Of a stretch of DNA of 4,596 nt, positions 1-4,596 are shown piece after piece (position 1 is the stretch's first letter; each line of letters opens with the position of its first letter). The DNA lies in IMG/VR virus record IMGVR_UViG_2734482571_000008; one strand, given 5' to 3'. The translations under genes and the position numbers were made by a program. The DNA comes from a virus. Its lineage: Duplodnaviria; Heunggongvirae; Uroviricota; Caudoviricetes. Under the pieces are notes generated by a model, which saw only the letters and a list, made by a program, of their open reading frames with translations, did no database searches and had not been told where the DNA came from.

Positions 1-753
1 TTTTCTGCTCATTATTAGCTCCTTCTGATGCCATTCTATTTCAGGAAGGAGTGTCCGTTAAACTCAGGCTACCTCAGGTTATTCGCTTCTGGGCATGGGC
101 GGATCAACAAATGATAGACGGTAATGCAGATTGTAACGCTCGCGGCGTTACAAAAAGTGCAATAGATCGCATCACTTTTATGTCTGGTTTTGCTGATGCG
201 TTAATTCAGGTTGGATGGCTGGTCGAAAATGACGGAGGGCTTTCTCTACCTAACTTTGAACGTCATAACGGAAAAAGCTCTAAAAAAAACGGGCGGTTAC
301 AAACGAGCGAGTAACAAAAATACGCGAACTGAAACGAAAAGGTAACGCTGCCAGCGTTACACAAACGGATCAAAAAGCGTTACCAGAGGAAGAGGAAGAG
401 GAAGATCTAAATACTGATCTCCCCCTCGCCAAAAACGAGCGTCTAAAAAATTCGAGCCGGAGGCTATTGAGCTGCCCGATTGGTTGCCGGAAACACTCTG
501 GCATGAGTGGGTCCGGTTCAGACAGGCATTGCGAAAACCGATTCGAACGGAGCAGGGCGCTAACGGGGCGATACGGGAACTGGAAAAATTCCGTCAGCAG
601 GGTTTTACACCTGAGCAGGTGATTCGACACAGCATCGCCAATGAATACCAGGGCCTGTTCGCGCCGAAAGGTGTTCGGCCTGAGACGTTGCTCCGACAGG
701 TTAACACCGTCTCGTTGCCGGACAGTGCGATCCCGCCAGGCTTCAGGGGGTAA
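1..753 (+). pseudogene. Phage replication protein, YdaU-like N-terminal region joined to a DnaT-like C-terminal domain; 5'-partial (starts upstream of window) and split across three reading frames by two apparent 1-nt deletions in poly-A tracts
   Basis: Frame 3 is open from the window edge to a stop at 312-314. Frame 2 is open from 284 through an acidic (GAGGAA)3-encoded linker (VTKIRELKRKGNAASVTQTDQKALPEEEEEEDL...). Frame 1 is open from 418 to a stop at 751-753 and encodes ...ELPDWLPETLWHEW...LLRQVNTVSLPDSAIPPGFRG, which closely matches the C-terminus of E. coli primosomal protein DnaT as I recall it (...PDWQPD...RDVNTVSEPDSQIPPGFRG). The frame switches coincide with A8 (282-289) and A6 (445-450). 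Adding one A at each gives a continuous ORF. The position immediately upstream of a dnaC paralog mirrors the host dnaT-dnaC operon. Confidence 0.6.
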
Positions 754-759
754 CGGACC

Positions 760-1196
760 ATGAAAAATATTGCGACAGGCGGCGTTCTGGAACGCATCCG
801 CCGACTGACCCCGCCACATGTAACCGCCCCATTCAGAACGGTAGCGGAGTGGCGCGAGTGGCAACTTGCTGAAGGCCAGAAACGTAGCGAGGAGATCAAC
901 CGCCTGAATCGCCAGTTGCGGGTGGAAAAAATTCTGAATCGCTCAGGCATCCAGCCGTTGCACCGTAAATGCTCGTTTGCGAATTACCAGGTGCAGAACG
1001 ACGGCCAGCGATACGCGTTAAGCCAGGCGAAATCCATCGCCGATGAACTGATGACCGGGTGTACAAATTTTGCGTTCAGCGGAAAACCTGGTACCGGGAA
1101 GAATCACTTAGCGGCAGCTATCGGGAATCGCCTGCTGAAAGACGGTCAGACAGTGATTGTGGTTACCGTGGCTGATGTTATGAGCGCCCTGCACGC
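760..1196 (+). CDS. dnaC: DnaC-family replicative helicase loader (AAA+ ATPase), prophage paralog (Rac YdaV-like); 3' end lost in the N gap
   Basis: ATG at 760, 6 nt after the upstream stop, with a G-rich SD-like run (aggggg, 742-747). The translation MKNIATGGVLERIRRL...RSGIQPLHRKCSFANYQVQNDGQRYALSQAKSIADEL...FAFSGKPGTGKNHLAAAIGNRLLKDGQTVIVVTVADVMSALH aligns along its length with E. coli DnaC as recalled, including Walker A GKPGTGKNH. The ORF-track extension to 1593 is an artifact of translating through the N run. Confidence 0.85.
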
Positions 1197-1537
1197 NNNN
1201 NNNNNNNNNNNNNNNNNNNNNNNNNNNNNNNNNNNNNNNNNNNNNNNNNNNNNNNNNNNNNNNNNNNNNNNNNNNNNNNNNNNNNNNNNNNNNNNNNNNN
1301 NNNNNNNNNNNNNNNNNNNNNNNNNNNNNNNNNNNNNNNNNNNNNNNNNNNNNNNNNNNNNNNNNNNNNNNNNNNNNNNNNNNNNNNNNNNNNNNNNNNN
1401 NNNNNNNNNNNNNNNNNNNNNNNNNNNNNNNNNNNNNNNNNNNNNNNNNNNNNNNNNNNNNNNNNNNNNNNNNNNNNNNNNNNNNNNNNNNNNNNNNNNN
1501 NNNNNNNNNNNNNNNNNNNNNNNNNNNNNNNNNNNNN
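1197..1537. other. Run of 341 N: assembly or scaffold gap, or masked sequence
   Basis: Uninterrupted n characters from 1197 to 1537. A DnaC-like protein of about 245 aa starting at 760 would end near 1500, so the gap plausibly hides the 3' end of that gene plus a short intergenic spacer. Confidence 0.95.
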
Positions 1538-1553
1538 AGTTTCAGGAGGATTT

Positions 1554-1976
1554 ATGGCGAAACCTTTTACTCCCGAACAGCGGGAAGAACTGAAGACGCG
1601 AATTGTGGAACTCGTGCATCAGGACGGTCGGGTCACGATTCGGCAGTTGTCAGATGAAACAGGTATCAGTCGTGCGTCTGTCGGTCGCTTATGCATAGAA
1701 CTGGTCGCAAGTGGTGATGTATATAATTCTGGCTACGGCTTATTCCCGTCTGAACAGGCTCGCAAGGACTGGCAAAGCGCCCGCAAAAAACTCTCGAGAG
1801 TAAAGGTGAGGAAACCGGTTGTTGTTGATCCGGACCTTATCTGGTCATTACCTGACGGAGAAATACGCCGCTACGACAGGCGCCTGAATATAATCTGTCG
1901 CGAGTGCCGGAAGAGCGAAGCTATGCAGCGTGTACTGGCTTTCTATCAGGGTAATTTTCAGGAGGCGATACTGTGA
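1554..1976 (+). CDS. Hypothetical protein, 140 aa, with a probable N-terminal winged-helix/HTH DNA-binding domain; occupies the position of Rac ydaW / lambda ren
   Basis: Strong SD aggagga (1544-1550) ahead of ATG 1554. The N-terminal segment RVTIRQLSDETGISRASVGRLCIELVASGDV has an HTH-like pattern. The C-terminal part is basic with a CRECRK motif. The stop TGA (1974-1976) directly abuts the next ATG. No confident family assignment from sequence alone. Confidence 0.6.
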   Translation: MAKPFTPEQREELKTRIVELVHQDGRVTIRQLSDETGISRASVGRLCIELVASGDVYNSGYGLFPSEQARKDWQSARKKLSRVKVRKPVVVDPDLIWSLPDGEIRRYDRRLNIICRECRKSEAMQRVLAFYQGNFQEAIL

Positions 1977-2034
1977 ATGAAATTAGCTATCAGGCTTCAA
2001 TTACCGCTGGCATTCGCATCAAAGGAGAGGAGCA

Positions 2035-2390
2035 TGGAAATAAAACCAGAAGATGAGTTAAGCAATATCGTTTTATTTCCGGTAAAAGAGGATGACCCTC
2101 GTAATCAGGTTAATTTTCTTTATGAGCCATCGGAAAGACCATATTGCCATCACGCCTCTGTACGGGTTGACGAAAAAGAGCGTCAGGTCCGCTGTAAAAT
2201 CTGCGGTGCGGTTGTGGAGCCGTTTGACTGGATGCTCTCTGTGGCAAAAAGAGAAACCAGACTGGCAGATGATGTAAGGCTATTGCGCCAGGAGGAACAG
2301 GAAAGGCGGAGAAATATAGAAAAGCTGATACAGATTGAGCGTAACGCGAAAGCGCGGATACGCAGGGCGACAAAATCCAGAACTGAATAA
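2035..2390 (+). CDS. Hypothetical protein, about 118 aa, with a putative Zn-ribbon-like motif (CHH-x16-CxxC) followed by a charged, probably coiled-coil, C-terminal helix; an alternative in-frame start at 1977 would give 137 aa
   Basis: ORF 1977..2390 in the track. The internal ATG at 2035 is preceded by a strong SD (aggagagga, 2023-2031), which makes it the more likely start. Motif PYCHHASVRVDEKERQVRCKICG, then RLADDVRLLRQEEQERRRNIEKLIQIERNAKARIRR. Function unknown. Confidence 0.55.
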
Positions 2391-2537
2391 TTAAATTTAG
2401 CACTGTTAAAAATTTAATCCTTAACCGGAGGGATTTCTGCACCCTCAAATCATCAGGAGACCACCCGAAAGGGCGGGGAGCAGTCACACATCTGTTTCCG
2501 ATAGCCCCGTTCTAATGCTACACTCTTTGATATTTTT

Positions 2538-3224
2538 ATGACCCCAATAAACATATTTATGACAGTTGCTGATTTCAAACGGCCCAAATTGGAGCTCCCA
2601 AACGGGGCAAACAAACTACTACTGCACTCTTGCTGTGCTCCATGTTCCGGTGAGGTGATGGAGGCGCTTCAGGCCTCGGGAATCGACTACACCATCTTTT
2701 TCTACAACCCGAACATTCATCCTCAGAAAGAGTATTTAATTCGTAAGGATGAGAATATTCGCTTTGCTGAACAACACGGCGTGCCGTTTATTGATGCTGA
2801 TTACGACACAGACAACTGGTTTGAACGAGCCAAAGGAATGGAATGGGAGCCCGAACGAGGGATCCGTTGCACCATGTGTTTTGACATGCGTTTTGAGCGG
2901 ACAGCGCTGTACGCCGCTGAAAATGGTTTCAGTGTGATCAGCAGTTCACTGGGCATTTCACGCTGGAAAAATATGCAGCAGGTTAACGACTGTGGGCGGC
3001 GAGCCGTCGCGCATTATCCGGGCATGGTGTACTGGGATTATAACTGGCGCAAGCAGGGCGGCTCGTCCCGTATGATTGAAATCAGCAAGCGCGAAAAATT
3101 CTATCAGCAGGAATATTGTGGCTGTGTGTATTCTCTGCGCGATACCAATCTACACCGCAAATCTCAGGGACGCCCTCTTATCAAAATTGGTCAACTCCAC
3201 TACGGTAAAGAAGAGAAGGAGTGA
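2538..3224 (+). CDS. queH: Epoxyqueuosine reductase QueH (DUF208 family, cobalamin-independent oQ to Q reductase)
   Basis: The translation carries motifs I recognise as QueH hallmarks: [40 protein letters not shown], and later Cys pairs RCTMCFDM and EYCGCVYS, consistent with an Fe-S/metal site. Length 228 aa is typical of the family. The start is uncertain (ATG 2538 or ATG 2559) and neither has a clear SD. Confidence 0.8.
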   Translation: MTPINIFMTVADFKRPKLELPNGANKLLLHSCCAPCSGEVMEALQASGIDYTIFFYNPNIHPQKEYLIRKDENIRFAEQHGVPFIDADYDTDNWFERAKGMEWEPERGIRCTMCFDMRFERTALYAAENGFSVISSSLGISRWKNMQQVNDCGRRAVAHYPGMVYWDYNWRKQGGSSRMIEISKREKFYQQEYCGCVYSLRDTNLHRKSQGRPLIKIGQLHYGKEEKE

Positions 3225-3245
3225 TTTTATGGGGCACCTTTCTGA

Positions 3246-3275
3246 TTGATTTCATATTGGCGAGGTAAGTAGAAT
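3246..3275 (+). promoter_or_regulatory. Putative sigma70 promoter of the mok/hok transcript: -35 TTGATT (3246-3251), 18-bp spacer, -10 TAGAAT (3270-3275); predicted TSS near 3283
   Basis: Hexamers read directly from the sequence. The downstream leader gcgggtgcttgaggctatctgc... resembles the 5' end of plasmid R1 hok mRNA (ggcgcuugaggcuuucugcc) as I recall it. Confidence 0.4.
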
Positions 3276-3324
3276 GACTGCGGGTGCTTGAGGCTATCTG
3301 CTTCAGGCATGAACACCAAAAGGC

Positions 3325-3402
3325 AGATAGAGAAAAGCCCCAGTTAACATTACGCGTCCGGCAAGACGCTTAACATTAATCTGAGGCCAATTTCATGCTT
3401 TG
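3325..3402 (-). ncRNA. sok: Putative Sok-like antisense RNA, complementary to the mok/hok leader; boundaries approximate
   Basis: On the minus strand there is a promoter-like arrangement: -35 TTGCCT (complement of 3433-3438, overlapping the hok SD), 17-bp spacer, -10 TAACCT (complement of 3410-3415), predicted TSS near 3402. The transcript would be antisense to the mok start region and to a leader segment (ccccagttaacattacgcgtccggcaagacgcttaacatta) that resembles the sok target region of R1 hok mRNA. It contains a small hairpin gcgtc/gacgc (3354-3369) flanked by direct repeats of ttaacatta (3344-3352, 3370-3378). Confidence 0.35.
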
Positions 3403-3607
3403 CACATGTAGGTTAGCCTCTTACATGCCGAAAGGCAAGGAGAAGCAGGCTATGAAGCAGCAAAAGGCGATGTTAATCGCCCTGATCGTCATCTGTTTAA
3501 CCGTCATAGTGACGGCACTGGTAACGAGGAAAGACCTCTGTGAGGTACGAATCCGAACCGGCCAGACGGAGGTCGCTGTCTTCGTAGACTACGAATCCAG
3601 GAAGTAA
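3395..3607 (+). CDS. mok: mok-like reading frame (modulator of killing), an in-frame N-terminal extension of hok, 70 aa
   Basis: ATG 3395 opens a frame that runs into hok. The extension MLCTCRLASYMPKGKEKQA resembles the N-terminus of E. coli MokC as recalled (MLNTCR...KVKEKRA-MKQHKAM...). Confidence 0.45.
   Translation: MLCTCRLASYMPKGKEKQAMKQQKAMLIALIVICLTVIVTALVTRKDLCEVRIRTGQTEVAVFVDYESRK
3452..3607 (+). CDS. hok: Hok/Gef-family type I toxin (small membrane-depolarising peptide), 51 aa, HokD/RelF-like
   Basis: SD aaggag (3437-3442), ATG 3452. MKQQKAMLIALIVICLTVIVTALVTRKDLCEVRIRTGQTEVAVFVDYESRK is near-identical over the first ~44 residues to HokD as recalled (MKQQKAMLIALIVICLTVIVTALVTRKDLCEVRIRTGQTEVAVFTAYEPEE), diverging only in the last residues. 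Single transmembrane helix plus conserved Cys and periplasmic tail. Confidence 0.88.
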   Translation: MKQQKAMLIALIVICLTVIVTALVTRKDLCEVRIRTGQTEVAVFVDYESRK

Positions 3608-3615
3608 GAGTGACC

Positions 3616-3643
3616 GGGCGGGGAGCTGATCCCATCCCCGCCC
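3616..3643 (+). other. Perfect 9-bp GC-rich inverted repeat (gggcgggga / tccccgccc, 10-nt loop) immediately 3' of the hok stop; probable structural element of the hok mRNA 3' region
   Basis: The arms are exact reverse complements. No U-run follows, so it is not itself an intrinsic terminator. Confidence 0.45.
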
Positions 3644-3682
3644 ACCTCTGATGTGTCAGGCATCCTCAACGCACCCGCACTT

Positions 3683-3730
3683 AACCCGCCCATCGCTGTG
3701 ATCTCTCAGCGTTTCGGCGGGTTTTTTGTT
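3683..3730 (+). terminator. Rho-independent terminator for the mok/hok transcript
   Basis: Outer stem aacccgcc (3683-3690) pairs with ggcgggtt (3716-3723) and encloses an inner stem cgctg/cagcg (3694-3698 / 3707-3711). A T6 run (3722-3727) follows. The opposite strand has no U-tract, so it is orientation-specific. Confidence 0.65.
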
Positions 3731-3747
3731 GTTTATTTCCGGTGAAT

Positions 3748-3775
3748 TTGATTCGCGCACCTTCGCAGATAGAAT
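3748..3775 (+). promoter_or_regulatory. Putative sigma70 promoter for the downstream genes: -35 TTGATT (3748-3753), 16-bp spacer, -10 TAGAAT (3770-3775)
   Basis: Hexamers read directly. It lies just after the hok terminator and about 80 nt upstream of the ATG at 3857. It uses the same -35 and -10 hexamers as the hok promoter at 3246-3275. Confidence 0.35.
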
Positions 3776-3856
3776 CGACTCACTTAAGTAGCGCGCAGGG
3801 AGAAGAGGGATGGACCCCGAACAGGGGAGAGCTATTTATCTGGAAGGATTCTGAAG

Positions 3857-4144
3857 ATGAAAATCGAAGAATTGCGTGAAATTTTTAGTGAAAATGGCCT
3901 CTATGCTGTGCGCGTTGAGAATGGAGCGATTGTCAGCCATTGCCGCATTAGATGTTTGCAATCTCAACAAAGGAAGAGCGGTGCTGTGTTATTTTATTTT
4001 TGTAATGGACTTCTGACGGACGGTTTTATTTTGCGTGAGGACGAATTTGTCACATCATTACGGGTTTTGAAAGAGATTGGTTTTAAGGCTGGTTTTCTGC
4101 TTTTGCTGAAGAATAAACTCATCTACAATCTTGAGCAGGATTGA
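3857..4144 (+). CDS. Hypothetical protein, 95 aa; low-GC moron-like ORF, positionally equivalent to rem downstream of hokD in Qin (positional inference only)
   Basis: SD ggaagga (3842-3848), ATG 3857, stop TGA 4142-4144. GC content is about 38% in the first 60 nt by my count, visibly lower than neighbouring genes. No recognisable motif. Confidence 0.45.
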   Translation: MKIEELREIFSENGLYAVRVENGAIVSHCRIRCLQSQQRKSGAVLFYFCNGLLTDGFILREDEFVTSLRVLKEIGFKAGFLLLLKNKLIYNLEQD

Positions 4145-4182
4145 ACTCCTGCTGTGTAACACCGTGCCACCGGAGAAAGCCG

Positions 4183-4536
4183 ATGGCACATATACAACTG
4201 GTCAAACAAACCTCTTCCGGATTACTTCTCCCGGCGACGCCGGAGAGTTGCGATTTTCTGCATCAAATCAAAATAGGTGAGTGGATACACGCAGACTTTA
4301 AGCGTGTGTGTAACTACGCATTCCACAAGCGTTTTTTCAAACTCCTGCAACTGGGTTTCGATTACTGGACTCCGGTCGGTGGGGCGATCACGCCTCGCGA
4401 ACGAAAACTGGTGTCCGGTTTCGTTGATTACCTGTGTGAATCAGTAGGCCGGGAACATACGCCAGCTCTGAGCGAAGCCGCAGAGCAATTGAGGTGTACT
4501 GGCAATAGCGGACACTACCATTTGTTCTTTTTTTAA
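4183..4536 (+). CDS. Hypothetical lambdoid-phage protein, about 117 aa as written; possibly the N-terminal part of a longer gene truncated at a T7 run
   Basis: SD ggag (4172-4175), ATG 4183 (MAHIQLVKQTSSGLLLPATPESCDFLHQIKIGEWIHADFKRVCNYAFHKRFF...). The track's TTG start at 4141 overlaps the previous gene and lacks an SD. The stop TAA (4534-4536) is formed at the end of T7 (4528-4534), and the -1 frame is open from 4509 to the window end. Confidence 0.5.
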   Translation: MAHIQLVKQTSSGLLLPATPESCDFLHQIKIGEWIHADFKRVCNYAFHKRFFKLLQLGFDYWTPVGGAITPRERKLVSGFVDYLCESVGREHTPALSEAAEQLRCTGNSGHYHLFFF

Positions 4537-4596
4537 GCAGCCATCTGATGATATTTTTCCCTGAAGGCTGCCGGGGAGATATTCCCCAGACGAGAG

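Noticed and set aside
282-290. Programmed -1 ribosomal frameshift on the A-rich slippery run
   Set aside because: Two consecutive programmed frameshifts plus a possible third homopolymer break in the same window are far more simply explained by homopolymer miscalls or pseudogenisation. No downstream stimulatory pseudoknot is evident.
370-864. Minus-strand ORF of 164 aa
   Set aside because: It lies entirely antisense to the DnaT-like and DnaC-like coding sequence, which has strong homology support on the + strand. It has a low-complexity, Arg/Ser-rich composition, including a poly-Ser read from the antisense of the GAGGAA repeat. Shadow ORF.
594-950. Minus-strand ORF of 118 aa
   Set aside because: Antisense shadow of the DnaT-like/DnaC-like genes, with no SD and an Arg-rich composition typical of the wrong strand.
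760-1593. 277-aa ORF from the track reading through the N run
   Set aside because: Translation across 341 N is meaningless. The frame after the gap is arbitrary, and the sequence at 1538-1553 is the SD region of the next gene.
2092-2277. Plus-strand ORF of 61 aa in an alternative frame
   Set aside because: It is nested out of frame inside the 2035-2390 gene and has no SD. Likely spurious.
2461-2480. Possible intrinsic terminator (ccacccgaaagggcgggg) between the Zn-ribbon gene and queH
   Set aside because: The stem has a central mismatch and no U-tract follows. Not convincing as a terminator.
2110-2487. Minus-strand ORF of 125 aa
   Set aside because: It mostly overlaps the + strand Zn-ribbon gene, which has a strong SD and fits the co-directional operon. 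It has no convincing start context.
2749-2937. Plus-strand ORF of 62 aa in an alternative frame
   Set aside because: It is nested out of frame inside queH, whose frame carries the conserved QueH motifs.
4141-4182. TTG start at 4141 for the last ORF
   Set aside because: It overlaps the stop of the preceding gene and has no SD, whereas ATG 4183 has ggag at the right spacing. The shorter start was preferred.
1-4596. CRISPR arrays, tRNA or rRNA genes, IS elements or transposase genes
   Set aside because: No regularly spaced direct repeats, no tRNA-like cloverleaf candidates, and no terminal inverted repeats flanking a transposase-like ORF were seen on either strand.

Overview
This window reads as the early-right region (replication module into a nin-like accessory region) of an enterobacterial lambdoid prophage, Rac/Qin-like, with every credible gene on the + strand. 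No database search was possible, so all homology calls rest on motifs recognised by eye and on recalled sequences. In order: (1) a 5'-partial replication gene whose C-terminus is clearly DnaT-like, broken into three frames at two poly-A tracts; (2) a DnaC-family helicase-loader paralog with an intact Walker A motif, cut off by a 341-N gap (1197-1537); (3) two small unknown genes, one with a winged-HTH-like N-terminus and one with a Zn-ribbon-like motif plus a charged helical tail; (4) a QueH/DUF208-type epoxyqueuosine reductase; (5) a complete hok/mok/sok-type type I toxin-antitoxin locus with promoter, antisense region, 3' hairpin and terminator; (6) a low-GC unknown ORF and a further unknown ORF ending at a T7 run. 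The most interesting points are the prophage-borne QueH sitting directly upstream of hok, the uncharacterised two-gene cassette in the 'ren slot' after the replication genes, and the repeated frame breaks at homopolymers. Those breaks, together with the N gap, suggest draft-quality sequence rather than true pseudogenes. No rRNA, tRNA, CRISPR array or transposase was seen.
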